A stretch of 64,000 bases of DNA from an uncultured SAR86 cluster bacterium. GTDB taxonomy: Bacteria; Pseudomonadota; Gammaproteobacteria; Magnimaribacterales; AG-339-G14. The notes beneath the pieces were generated by a model. It ran no database searches and was not told the origin of the DNA. It saw only the letters and a program-made list of their open reading frames with translations. The stretch covers positions 4,316-68,315 of the forward strand of contig CACBTL010000006.1 in NCBI GenBank assembly GCA_902542145.1. Direction: 5' to 3'. A program made the position numbers and the translations under genes. Within the stretch, counting starts at the first letter, position 1, and each line of letters starts with the position of its first letter. Positions 10,025 to 20,170 of this stretch are shown here, one piece after another.

Positions 10025-11521
10025 TTGAATATAATTTTTTCAGCTCAGTCGCTTGCAATAAAGCCCTTTTTTGATGTTGCAAGTAAAATCACATCAAAAG
10101 ATAACATTGGAATTCTTCTATCTGATCATAAATATTCTCTTAACTTGTTAAAAGAAAAGAAAATAATGCAAAAGAATTTCTATAGTGACTGGAACCTTTC
10201 AAGAAATTTCAATTACAAAAAAAGCCTCGATATTATTAATAAGTATCAGTCTCTTAATCCTTCAATAAATTTAATGAACGGAATAAATTACGATAGACGC
10301 ATTATTTTCCATCCAAGCGCACAGTTTTCACATTCTTATAAAAAATCCAAACTTTCTCACCAAGAAAAATTATCTATGTTGGCCGATGCATGCCAAAAAG
10401 TTGATGTTCTTTTTGAAAGAATTAATCCAGATCTATGTTACGGATTTTTGATGAACACAATTTTTGATTTTCTTTTGGCTTATTTTTCTAATGTCAAAAA
10501 TATAAATTACCTAAATTTAAGACCTTCGAGAATAGAAAACTATTTCTTTTTTGAAAGCTCAGTTTTTGATCCTCCTCTAAGAATACAAAAAAAGTATGAT
10601 TTAGATGAAAATTTAGAAGAATTTTTTGAATTGAAAAAAGATCAAATTAACGAAAACATAGAATTCAGAAAATACGAGGGAGTAGAAAAGGTTGATTTTA
10701 AAATAAAATTTAAATTGATTAATCAAATACGCAACACTTACCAAAATTTAATATCCAAAGATTCATCCTCTCCAAATTTGTTATTGCAACAAATTAACAA
10801 GAAATTGCTACAACCCCTCAGAAAAATTTATCAAACTTATATTTTCAATTTTGTAAGTCCTAAAGATTTAGATGATAAAACCACATATATCCTTTTTCCT
10901 TTGCACTACGAACCAGAAGTTCAACTTTTATCATATTCTGCACCAAACTCAGATCAGTTAGACGTTATAAAGAAAATATCTTTATCCCTACCCATTGGAT
11001 GCAAGCTTTTAGTGAAAGAGCATCCTTTGATGATTGGAAGAAGAAAATCAAACTTTTTAAATGAAATAATTCAACTAGGTAACACACTACTGGTTGATCC
11101 TTCTCATAATGTAAATAAATATCTAAAATACACTAATCTAGTAGTAACTTTAGGAAGTTCCGTTTCAATTGATGCTCTGATGAAGAATATTCCAGTCATA
11201 ACAATAGGCTCAACTCTTGCAAATATATTTGATGACCAATTAGTAACTAAACTAGATTCATTTCAAAATCTTTATCAACATATAAAGCAAGCTCTCTCAA
11301 AAGATCTTGTTAGCTCCAATGCAGAACTGAAAATACTTAAAATGATAAATGTGGTAAAAACCCTCTGCTTAGGTGTAGATTTTTATTCAAAGGTCTTAGG
11401 AAGAAAGGGAGCTCATGAAATTAATTCCTCAGATTACGAAAGCGAAATAAATAAAATATATCTTCATATACTTAAACTCGTTAAAGAAAATGATGTCGAA
11501 CCAGCTATTTTTAATAAATAA
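10025..11521 (+). CDS. KpsS-like (Capsule_synth) CMP-ulosonate glycosyltransferase
   Basis: LFPLHYEPE and VKEHP motifs, plus SSVSIDAL..PV; divergent from neuA. Confidence 0.7.
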   Translation: MNIIFSAQSLAIKPFFDVASKITSKDNIGILLSDHKYSLNLLKEKKIMQKNFYSDWNLSRNFNYKKSLDIINKYQSLNPSINLMNGINYDRRIIFHPSAQFSHSYKKSKLSHQEKLSMLADACQKVDVLFERINPDLCYGFLMNTIFDFLLAYFSNVKNINYLNLRPSRIENYFFFESSVFDPPLRIQKKYDLDENLEEFFELKKDQINENIEFRKYEGVEKVDFKIKFKLINQIRNTYQNLISKDSSSPNLLLQQINKKLLQPLRKIYQTYIFNFVSPKDLDDKTTYILFPLHYEPEVQLLSYSAPNSDQLDVIKKISLSLPIGCKLLVKEHPLMIGRRKSNFLNEIIQLGNTLLVDPSHNVNKYLKYTNLVVTLGSSVSIDALMKNIPVITIGSTLANIFDDQLVTKLDSFQNLYQHIKQALSKDLVSSNAELKILKMINVVKTLCLGVDFYSKVLGRKGAHEINSSDYESEINKIYLHILKLVKENDVEPAIFNK

Positions 11522-11527
11522 ATTATC

Positions 11528-12505
11528 ATGAGAGTTTTAATTACTGGGGGTGCAGGTTTTGTGGGGCGTCACCTAGTTAAAAGAAGTCTTGAAGAGGGGT
11601 ATGAGGTTGATTGTGTTGATCCAATTATTCCTCTTACTGGAGGATTAGAACTTGATAAATGGTTTGACTTTGATCCAAGAGATTTTTCAGCGTTTAATTT
11701 TTATAAAGTTGATTGTAGAGATTTTTTTCTAGCTAATATGAATGAAAAATATGACAACGTTTTTCATGCTGCTGCTATGGTTGGAGGGAGACTGATGATT
11801 GAAGACTTTCCTTTATCTGTAGCTGACGATTTATCAATAGATTCTCATTTTTGGCAATGGACTGCTAGTTCAAGACCTGATAATTCGATATGTTTCAGCT
11901 CTAGCGCAGCTTATCCAATTAATCTGCAAACCTATGATAACTATAGATTACTCAAAGAAGATGATATTGATTTATCAGGAGATATTGGAATGCCGGATTT
12001 ATCATATGGATGGGCAAAATTGACTCATGAATATCTTTCTAAACTTGCATATGAAAAACATGGGATAAAATCAGTCATTTTCAGACCATTTTCTGGATAT
12101 GGAGAAGATCAGGATCTAAGCTATCCTTTTCCCAGCATCTGTAAAAGGGTTTTGGAGCAAAAAGGGTCCAGAGATATCAAAGTCTGGGGGTCAGGAGATC
12201 AAATGAGAGACTTTATTCACATAGACGATTGTATAAATGGAATTTTTTCTATGATGGAAATTATGGAGTCCAATGACGCAGTAAACCTTTCTACTGGAAA
12301 ATTAACAAGCTTCAAAGAATTTGCCTCCCTAGCTTCGAATCTAGCCGGGTTTAATCCTGAAGTTTCAGGAACATCGAGCAAGCCTGAAGGAGTTTTTGCT
12401 AGAGGAGGAGACACAACTCTACAACTCGAGATGAAATTTAAACCCAAAATTTCTTTTGAAGATGGAATTAAAAGAGCCCTGAATTATTTTGAAAAAAAAA
12501 TTTGA
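11528..12505 (+). CDS. NAD-dependent nucleotide-sugar epimerase
   Basis: ITGGAGFVG, FSSSAAYP, YGWAK, WGSGDQMRDFIH. Confidence 0.9.
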   Translation: MRVLITGGAGFVGRHLVKRSLEEGYEVDCVDPIIPLTGGLELDKWFDFDPRDFSAFNFYKVDCRDFFLANMNEKYDNVFHAAAMVGGRLMIEDFPLSVADDLSIDSHFWQWTASSRPDNSICFSSSAAYPINLQTYDNYRLLKEDDIDLSGDIGMPDLSYGWAKLTHEYLSKLAYEKHGIKSVIFRPFSGYGEDQDLSYPFPSICKRVLEQKGSRDIKVWGSGDQMRDFIHIDDCINGIFSMMEIMESNDAVNLSTGKLTSFKEFASLASNLAGFNPEVSGTSSKPEGVFARGGDTTLQLEMKFKPKISFEDGIKRALNYFEKKI

Positions 12506-13583
12506 TATTCTTATCCTAGAACCCAAATCAACTCATTGGACAACTGTTGAGCCATATTTAAGAAACTTAGATAAAAGGATTGTATTATTTGCGCCTGAGA
12601 AATCTATTGAAATATCTTTAAATTTAAACCCTAAAATCTATTTTTTACATTTTTCTATTTTAAATTTCTTAAAACTATTTTTATTTGAATTTGAAAGCGT
12701 AGTAGTCGCAGACAGAGTATTTCAATTGAAATTTCTAAAGAATTCAATAAGAGAATATTTTAAAGAAACTCTGTATCTATTGATAAGATTTTTCTTCTTC
12801 TACCTGAAGTTAAGGCATAAGAAAATTTATATCACAACTCATTTCGTTAATGGATTTAAATATCACTCTCCCTTTACCTTACTTCAAAAAGTTGATCGGT
12901 TACTATGGAAAAAGTTATTGGATCGCTCAAAGGGATTTTTTGTTTTCTCCACCCTCGTAAAAAAAGAACTAGAAAAAGAGACAGACAAGGAAGTTTATTT
13001 TGCTCCAAATGCAACTTTTAATTTGAAAGTACCTCAAAAAAATAAAAACAATAAGATAACCAAGGTAATAATTCCTGGAAGAGTTGATCTAAGAAGAAGG
13101 GACTATAATTGGATTACAGGGCTAGAAAAAATTGCTAATCTCGATATTAACTTTCTAGGAAGATCTTACGATAAAAATTCATTCCTTTCTGCAATAAAAA
13201 TCGAGGAAAAGGGCTATGCTCAAAATTTTCTAAATAGTGACAATTTTATTCCTACTGATAAATTTAATGAAGAGATAGAAAATTGCGATATTCTTTTTGC
13301 TCCTATTAAAAAATTAAAAAATAGTCAGAGAGCCATAGATAGAAATCTTGGTGCACTTTTCGATGCGATTAGATATGGCAAGCCTCTGATTTTACCCTCA
13401 CATCAACCTATTCCAGATGAAATAAAGGGAAGTGCCATTATTTATGACGATACCGAATCACTTAATGAACTTTTGAATAAACTGTCAGATAAAGAGTATC
13501 TAGACGGAATTAAGAATAAAGCAATAGAGAATTCAAAATCATTTAATGAAAATTTTGAGGAATTTTGGGGTTTATTTAATTAA
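12489..13583 (+). CDS. Putative GT-B glycosyltransferase
   Basis: IPGRVD.RRRDY and DAIRYGKPLILP GT-B-like C-terminal motifs; locus context. Confidence 0.55.
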   Translation: MKKKFDILILEPKSTHWTTVEPYLRNLDKRIVLFAPEKSIEISLNLNPKIYFLHFSILNFLKLFLFEFESVVVADRVFQLKFLKNSIREYFKETLYLLIRFFFFYLKLRHKKIYITTHFVNGFKYHSPFTLLQKVDRLLWKKLLDRSKGFFVFSTLVKKELEKETDKEVYFAPNATFNLKVPQKNKNNKITKVIIPGRVDLRRRDYNWITGLEKIANLDINFLGRSYDKNSFLSAIKIEEKGYAQNFLNSDNFIPTDKFNEEIENCDILFAPIKKLKNSQRAIDRNLGALFDAIRYGKPLILPSHQPIPDEIKGSAIIYDDTESLNELLNKLSDKEYLDGIKNKAIENSKSFNENFEEFWGLFN

Positions 13584-13772
13584 TCAAATCTGACGGAAAA
13601 CTAATCATTAATTTATCTATTTTTGATAAAAAAATTTATAATCATAGAAACAGAATCTTCAAAATTATACTTAAGACTCTCAAATTAAAATTCTAACAAA
13701 TAAAATAAATAAAGTTCTTTGAAGAATCTATCCAGCATCTAATGGTTTTTAGAAAAAATAAGAAAAAGTCCT

Positions 13773-15197
13773 TTAAAGATTAGCATCATTGTTTATTAAA
13801 GTACTCTTTATCACCCTTAAAAAATCTAAGGCATCTAGAATGAAATTTTTAATCATAAAAATACCTATCATCAAAAAAAATAAGGAAAAATAGTAAAAAT
13901 TAATATTTAAAAATTCTTTATCGTAAAGAGATAAAGAACACAAGCCTAACATCAAAAAAAATGATGGAAAAAGATTGTTCAAAATATTGAATGAATTTAA
14001 AGCCTTAACTAAAAATACAAAAGAAACAGTTAACTTATATATAGAGATGAGTACTAGAGAGTAACAAATATGAAAAAAATTGATTTCACTGCCTTCTAGC
14101 AGAAGAAAAAGAACATTTAATATATATATAAATAAAGAAAGAAAGAATATGTTTCTAATATCTTGATAAAGACCTCTGGCAAACAAAAATAAAATGATAT
14201 TTGCATTTATCAATCTGATATAACTTATCAATCCTGAGAGAAAAATAAGATGAGAATAATCTTTAAAATTTTCAATGAATAAGAATACAAATAATCCATA
14301 CACAATAGATATGGCAATAGACATGCAGAAATATCCGACTGATTGAAAACCAAAAGATTTTTTAAGATCAGCTAGTTCAAACTTATTCTTCGTTAAAGAA
14401 ACTATTGAGTGACTTATTTTTTTATTTACCGTATTTCCTGCTAACTTTGCAATTGAATTTGAGGTTCTAGAAATAAAAACTAAGATCGCACTTTCGGTAA
14501 TCGAAATAAAATTTGTTAAAAAGAAGAAGATAAATATCTCAAATAATGCTTCTAGTCTAGAATTTAAATCAAGGAAAAAAGAATTTCTTAAAATTTGATA
14601 CAATTTTTTTATAGAGAATAATTTTAAATCAATCAAAAAAAATTTCTTTTTCGCAATTCTCAAGAGGTGCAAAAGATTTATAATTTGAAATATTATCGAA
14701 TAGATTATCCACCCGCTGAAATCAAAATAAGATCCGAATCCGTAAACAAAAGCCGGACTAAAGACTGTAATTATAGATTGGCCATTAATAAAATAATGAA
14801 CCTTGTCCTGAAGATATGAAAGATTATTGAAATAATTTGCAAGAATTCCGAGAAATAGCAATATTCCTAATAAAACATAATCAATAATTTTTAGATTTAA
14901 ATCTTGATAGAAAAATAAGGATAAAACTAAGACCGAGTAAGTTGTAATTTTCAATATTAAAAAATTTGAAATTAAGCTTTTATCTAATTCGCCTTTTATT
15001 CCTTTAGTAGCTAAGTATTTGGAAGCTCCAAAATTAAGAATTACTGGAAGGCTCATAAATAACTCAGCTCTTTTGATTAAAAGAAGAGCAGTGGGGCTAA
15101 AAATATAGTAAAAAATGAAATTAGATAAAATACCAAATGAAAATCTTGTACCCAAATAGATGGCACTTGATGAGATAACTTTTTTCCAAACGCTCAC
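13773..15197 (-). CDS. Wzx-like polysaccharide flippase
   Basis: About 12-14 hydrophobic segments over 474 aa in a glycan locus. Confidence 0.65.
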   Translation of the reverse strand: MSVWKKVISSSAIYLGTRFSFGILSNFIFYYIFSPTALLLIKRAELFMSLPVILNFGASKYLATKGIKGELDKSLISNFLILKITTYSVLVLSLFFYQDLNLKIIDYVLLGILLFLGILANYFNNLSYLQDKVHYFINGQSIITVFSPAFVYGFGSYFDFSGWIIYSIIFQIINLLHLLRIAKKKFFLIDLKLFSIKKLYQILRNSFFLDLNSRLEALFEIFIFFFLTNFISITESAILVFISRTSNSIAKLAGNTVNKKISHSIVSLTKNKFELADLKKSFGFQSVGYFCMSIAISIVYGLFVFLFIENFKDYSHLIFLSGLISYIRLINANIILFLFARGLYQDIRNIFFLSLFIYILNVLFLLLEGSEINFFHICYSLVLISIYKLTVSFVFLVKALNSFNILNNLFPSFFLMLGLCSLSLYDKEFLNINFYYFSLFFLMIGIFMIKNFILDALDFLRVIKSTLINNDANL

Positions 15198-15314
15198 AAC
15201 CCAAGCATTATATTATTTTTACAGTTAAATATTTTATTTTTTACAGACTAGATTTTGGTGAAAACTTTTATACAAATGTTAATATGCACTACATTTTTTA
15301 GATGAAGGAAAAAG

Positions 15315-16178
15315 ATGATCAAAAATATAGGAATTATAGGAAGGGGATTTGTAGGTTCAGCTGTAGCTTTTGGTTTTGGGCACGGTTGCGGAGCTGACTA
15401 CAATATTTACATTTTTGATAAAGATCCAGAAAAATCTGCAAATTCCTTAGAAGAGGTAATTACTTCTTCAGACGTTATCTTTGTTTCAGTTCCAACTCCA
15501 TCTAGATTCGATGGATCAATTGATCTCTCAATTGTTGATAACTGCCTAGAAGAGATAAACCTTGAACTAAAAAAAACAGATAACAATCCAATTGTTCTAC
15601 TAAGATCTACTATAGTCCCCGGAACGACTGCAAATTATCAAAAAAAATATCCTGATCTTAGATTAGTTTTTAATCCTGAATTCTTGACTGAAAGAAGCGC
15701 AAATTTTGATTTTATAAATCAAACAAGATTTATTCTTGGAGGAAAAAAAGATAATACACAGGAAGTTGCTGAACTTTTCAAACATCGATTTGGTGAGTCC
15801 ATGCCTGTAATTGAAACAGATTTTTCTTCTGCTGAACTTATCAAGTATGTGGCAAACATTTATTTCGCAACTAAGGTTTCATTTCTAAACGAGATGAAAT
15901 TAATTTCTGACAAAGTTAATGCAGATTGGGATACTGTTATCGATGGTTTTTTAAGAGACGGAAGAGTTGGCCATTCTCACTGCCAAGTTCCAGGACCTGA
16001 TGGAAAAAATGGTTATGGTGGATCATGTTTTCCTAAAGACGTACAGGCTTTAATTCATTTTTCAAAGGAAATAGGGGTGAACTTGAACGTTGTTGAAGGA
16101 TCTTGGCAAACAAACTTAGAAGTAAGACCTGAAAGAGACTGGGAAAAATTAAAGGGCAGAGCAGTTTCAGACACATAG
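15315..16178 (+). CDS. Short UDP-glucose/GDP-mannose dehydrogenase family protein (no C-terminal domain)
   Basis: GIIGRGFVG, VPTP, RSTIVPGT, NPEFL, GYGGSCFPKD; ends at 287 aa. Confidence 0.85.
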   Translation: MIKNIGIIGRGFVGSAVAFGFGHGCGADYNIYIFDKDPEKSANSLEEVITSSDVIFVSVPTPSRFDGSIDLSIVDNCLEEINLELKKTDNNPIVLLRSTIVPGTTANYQKKYPDLRLVFNPEFLTERSANFDFINQTRFILGGKKDNTQEVAELFKHRFGESMPVIETDFSSAELIKYVANIYFATKVSFLNEMKLISDKVNADWDTVIDGFLRDGRVGHSHCQVPGPDGKNGYGGSCFPKDVQALIHFSKEIGVNLNVVEGSWQTNLEVRPERDWEKLKGRAVSDT

Positions 16179-16181
16179 TTT

Positions 16182-17861
16182 GTGAAAAAAGTACTTACAA
16201 TAAAAGATAATTTCACTTTAAGAGATTCTCTTAAAAGAATTAAAAGAAATTCTAAATCTAATTTCCTGCCTAATTTTTTTGCAATCATTGATAAAAATGA
16301 AAAGCTCATAGGAGCTTTAACTGATGGCGATTTGAGAAGATATTTTGCAGAAAATGATTCTATGGATGAATCAATTAAGCTTTGTATGAATAAAAATCCT
16401 GTTTTTTTGACTATTAAGCAGCTTAAAAATAGAGAATTTGAATCGTTGAAAGAAAACTTAAGAAAAAGGAAAAGAAATATCGAAGATATTTTTATAACAA
16501 ATGAAAACAAAAAAATTGTTGGTGCAATTTCCTATAAGGAGATTTTCAATTCCGATGTTGATCAAGAAACCATTGTATCTGTAATAGGCATGGGATTTGT
16601 TGGCCTCACAGTTGCATGTCATATTGCAAGTAAAGATTTCAAAGTTCATGCAATTGATAAAGATAAAAAAATAATTGGCGATCTTAAGCGAGGCAAGCCC
16701 CACTTTTATGAGCCTCATCTGCAAGAAAATATCAAAATTAATTCCAAAGAAAAAAGACTTATCTTTTCAAATAAATTAAAGAAATCTTCTTATTATATTG
16801 TTTCAGTTGGAACTCCATTAACAAAAAAAAATAAACCCGATCTTAGTCATATCTATGAAGTATTAGATAACATCATTTGCGCAGGATTAAATAATTCGGT
16901 GGTTGTAATCAGATCGACCATTCCTCTTGGCTCCTCTGCATCATCAATTATTCCTTACCTAGAGAAAAAATCTAATTTGAAATGCGGAGTTGATTGGTCA
17001 TACTGTTTTGCTCCTGAAAGAACAGTTGAAGGTAATGCATTGGATGAACTTAAAACTTTACCTCAGCTCTTCTCCGGTTTTTCTAAAAATTGCAACGAAA
17101 TTTCAAGAACTTTCCTTAACTTAGTCTTTGATAATTTAGTATTGATGGATTCTATTGAAGCTGCAGAATTATCAAAATTAGCTTGTAATACCTACAGAGA
17201 TTTAAGTTTTGCTTTTGCGAATGAAATATCAAATATGTGTGAGGATATAGAAGTTGATTCAAAAAGATTAATTGAGCAGGTAAATTATGAATATCCAAGA
17301 TCAAATATCGCTTTACCATCTCCAGGCGTTGGCGGATATTGCTTAACAAAAGATCCAATTATTTATTCTAATCCTTCTAAGAAACTTAGTTCAAAACCTA
17401 AGTCCGGTTCTTTCTCCAGAGAAATAAATGAACATGCAGCAAAATCGCCCTATAGATCATTAATTAAATTCTCTAGAGGCAATAAATTAAAATTATCTGA
17501 TCTAAATATCTTGGTCATCGGTATAGCTTTTAAAGGATTCCCAAAAACAGATGACCACAGATTTTCAACTGGAGTTGATTTTTGTGATTTAATTCAAAAC
17601 AGAGTAAAAAACTTATGGGTAAAAGATTTTGAGATTGGTTCAAAAAAAGTAAACCAGTTAGGTTATAAAAATTTAGTTTCCATTGAAAAAGCCGACGCTA
17701 TATTTATTTTAAATAACCATGAGAAAAATTCTGATATTATCCTTTTAGATTGGCTTCAAAAAAAATCAAAGAAACTTTTGTATGATGGTTGGGGACAAAA
17801 AACAAATTTAAAAAGTTATGATGACAAAAACTTTTTTTATTCTACCCTGGGAAAAATATAA
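16182..17861 (+). CDS. CBS-pair fused to a WecC-like nucleotide-sugar dehydrogenase
   Basis: N-terminal GALTDGDLRR CBS motif; then VIGMGFVG, APERTVEG, SPGVGGYCLTKDP, GIAFKG. Confidence 0.85.
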   Translation: MKKVLTIKDNFTLRDSLKRIKRNSKSNFLPNFFAIIDKNEKLIGALTDGDLRRYFAENDSMDESIKLCMNKNPVFLTIKQLKNREFESLKENLRKRKRNIEDIFITNENKKIVGAISYKEIFNSDVDQETIVSVIGMGFVGLTVACHIASKDFKVHAIDKDKKIIGDLKRGKPHFYEPHLQENIKINSKEKRLIFSNKLKKSSYYIVSVGTPLTKKNKPDLSHIYEVLDNIICAGLNNSVVVIRSTIPLGSSASSIIPYLEKKSNLKCGVDWSYCFAPERTVEGNALDELKTLPQLFSGFSKNCNEISRTFLNLVFDNLVLMDSIEAAELSKLACNTYRDLSFAFANEISNMCEDIEVDSKRLIEQVNYEYPRSNIALPSPGVGGYCLTKDPIIYSNPSKKLSSKPKSGSFSREINEHAAKSPYRSLIKFSRGNKLKLSDLNILVIGIAFKGFPKTDDHRFSTGVDFCDLIQNRVKNLWVKDFEIGSKKVNQLGYKNLVSIEKADAIFILNNHEKNSDIILLDWLQKKSKKLLYDGWGQKTNLKSYDDKNFFYSTLGKI

Positions 17862-18749
17862 ATGAATTTTTTAGAAGAAAATGAATCAATTATTACCTCT
17901 GAACAAGGATTAAATTTATTTTCATTATTCAGGCTATTTTGGCTAAATAAAATCTTCATTTTACTTGTAGTTTTTTGTTTTAGTTTAATTTCTATTTTTT
18001 ATTCATACACGAGAGAAAATATATACCTTTCTAATGCTTTAGTTGAAATAGGCAATTCTGAAGAACAACTGAACCAAAATTCTCAGGCCTTAGAGTTCCT
18101 CGGTATAAATCAAAACGTTCAGTCTCCAGAAAAAGAACTTTTAGCTAAACTAGAATCCATAGCGTATTTTAATTTCCTGGCAATTGATGATGGAGTGATC
18201 GAAGCTATTTTGGTAAACAATCATAAATTGATCCCATTATTTGAAAAAAAGAATTTTAATCTTGAAAAAGGAATAAATTTGAATACAGATATTCCAGAAG
18301 AATTTTATAATGCATATGAAACTTTTTTTGGGAATCTTCATGTTGCAAAAAAATCCAATACTTCTTTCCTTGAGCTAGGCTATAAAAGTCCTTCACCAGA
18401 ATTATCAAAGAAAATGACTGATTTAATTTTTCAAACATTTAATGAATTTGAAAGAACAAAAACGCTTTTAAATTCGGAAAGATATATCGAGTATCTTTAT
18501 GGTGAAGCCAAACTAGCCCCCGATGCAGATGTAAAAAAGTTATTATTTTCACTCATCGAATCTGAATACAAGAAAATTGCAATTGTAAATGTCAATCAAG
18601 ATTATGCTTTAAAAGAGGTAAGTCCAGCCATCATAGAAAAAATAAAAATTTCTCCCAATCGATACGTTCACCTAGGGTACGGACTCTTTTTAGGTCTTTT
18701 TTTCAGCTTATTTTACATTTTGTATAGCTACTACGTCAGAAAATCATAA
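17862..18749 (+). CDS. wzz: Wzz chain-length determinant
   Basis: Two terminal TM helices, periplasmic coiled region, PA..KISPNR followed by a GxxxG TM. Confidence 0.8.
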   Translation: MNFLEENESIITSEQGLNLFSLFRLFWLNKIFILLVVFCFSLISIFYSYTRENIYLSNALVEIGNSEEQLNQNSQALEFLGINQNVQSPEKELLAKLESIAYFNFLAIDDGVIEAILVNNHKLIPLFEKKNFNLEKGINLNTDIPEEFYNAYETFFGNLHVAKKSNTSFLELGYKSPSPELSKKMTDLIFQTFNEFERTKTLLNSERYIEYLYGEAKLAPDADVKKLLFSLIESEYKKIAIVNVNQDYALKEVSPAIIEKIKISPNRYVHLGYGLFLGLFFSLFYILYSYYVRKS

Positions 18750-18760
18750 GCAATTTCATT

Positions 18761-20170
18761 ATGAAAACATCATGTGTAATTCTTTGCGGTGGCTCTGGAG
18801 AAAGGTTATGGCCCATATCTTCTAAAGATGAGCCAAAACAATTTTTGCAAATAAATAAGGTTTCCCTTATTGAGAATGCAATTTTAAGAGCCAAGGAAAT
18901 TGATTCTGAAATTCAAATTGTTTTTGTTTGCAATCTTTCTTCTAAAGAAGTGATTAAAAAAATTGCTAAGAAGCAGAAGTTAAAAAAACCATTTTTTATT
19001 ATCGAACCTTCAAGAAAAGATACAGGTCCAGCGATAATTTTTGCAACCAAACTAATTGAAGATAAATTTGGAAGTACAAGAGTTTTAGTTCTGCCCTCAG
19101 ATCAATTTGTTAAAAAAATAAACAAATTTAAATATGATTTCATCAAAGCAGAAAAAAAGTTAGATGATGAAAGTATTTTAATATTTGGAAAAAAACCAGA
19201 TCATCCTAGTACTGAATTTGGATATTTCAAAACACAGAAAAATACAAATAAAGTTCTTGAATTCAAGGAGAAACCAAAAATCAAGATCGCAAAAAGATAT
19301 TTTAAAAATGATATCTTTTTTTGGAATTGCGGGATGTTTTTTTTTAAAAGTGATTATGTTTTAGAAGCGTATCAAGAACATAACAGAAAAAATTACTTTC
19401 AGATCATAAAAGCATATGAAAGCTCATCGCTACTAAGAAGAGAATTAATTCTCGATGAAGCAAGTTTTAAAAAAATTAAATCAGAGAGTTTTGATTATTC
19501 ACTGATGGAAAAAATTCACAATATAAAGTATCAAAAGATAAGTTTTGATTGGTCAGACATAGGAAACTGGAATGAGCTAAAAAATCATGCATTGAAATCA
19601 CATAAAAAAAATTATCTAAATATAGTCGATGGCAATACAGTCTTGGAAGATTCTGAGAGAAATATAATCTTTAAAAATGGATCAGAAAAACAATTTATTA
19701 TTCTTGGCGTGGATAATCTAATAATCGCAGAAAAAAATAATAAATTTCTTATTTCCAAAAGAGATAATACTCATAAAATAAAAAATTCTTTAAAAAAATT
19801 AGAAAATAATTCTCACCTAAATTCATTAGGCGATGAAGTCCACAGGCCATGGGGAAAATATAAAACAATATCCTTGGGCAAAGATTTTCAGGTAAAGGTA
19901 ATAGAAGTTCACCCGGGTCAGTCATTAAGTTTACAAATGCATCAAAAAAGGGAAGAGCATTGGCAAGTTCTAGATGGTAAAGCCGAAGTATATTTAGATA
20001 ACAAGATTTACGATCTTCAAAAAGGTGAAAAAATATTTATTCCAAAAAAAAGCAAACATCGGTTAACTAATAAATCAAAAAATAATTTAGTCCTATTAGA
20101 AACCCAATTTGGATCATATTTAGGTGAGGATGACATAAAAAGGTTTGAAGATATTTATGGCAGGAAATAG
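18761..20170 (+). CDS. manC: Mannose-1-phosphate guanylyltransferase / mannose-6-phosphate isomerase
   Basis: LCGGSGERLWP, PKQFL, EKP, WSDIGNW, cupin tail RPWG..SLQMH..REEHW..YLGEDDI.RFED. Confidence 0.94.
   Translation: MKTSCVILCGGSGERLWPISSKDEPKQFLQINKVSLIENAILRAKEIDSEIQIVFVCNLSSKEVIKKIAKKQKLKKPFFIIEPSRKDTGPAIIFATKLIEDKFGSTRVLVLPSDQFVKKINKFKYDFIKAEKKLDDESILIFGKKPDHPSTEFGYFKTQKNTNKVLEFKEKPKIKIAKRYFKNDIFFWNCGMFFFKSDYVLEAYQEHNRKNYFQIIKAYESSSLLRRELILDEASFKKIKSESFDYSLMEKIHNIKYQKISFDWSDIGNWNELKNHALKSHKKNYLNIVDGNTVLEDSERNIIFKNGSEKQFIILGVDNLIIAEKNNKFLISKRDNTHKIKNSLKKLENNSHLNSLGDEVHRPWGKYKTISLGKDFQVKVIEVHPGQSLSLQMHQKREEHWQVLDGKAEVYLDNKIYDLQKGEKIFIPKKSKHRLTNKSKNNLVLLETQFGSYLGEDDIKRFEDIYGRK

Noticed and set aside
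12492-12500. Homopolymer A/T runs of about 9-10 nt (also near 2110, 19340 and 34620) as phase-variation tracts
   Set aside because: Expected by chance in such AT-rich DNA; reading frames are intact and no long poly-G/C tracts were seen
13584-13772. 189-bp gap between convergent genes as an ncRNA or pseudogene
   Set aside because: Very AT-rich, with no stable hairpin or recognisable coding remnant
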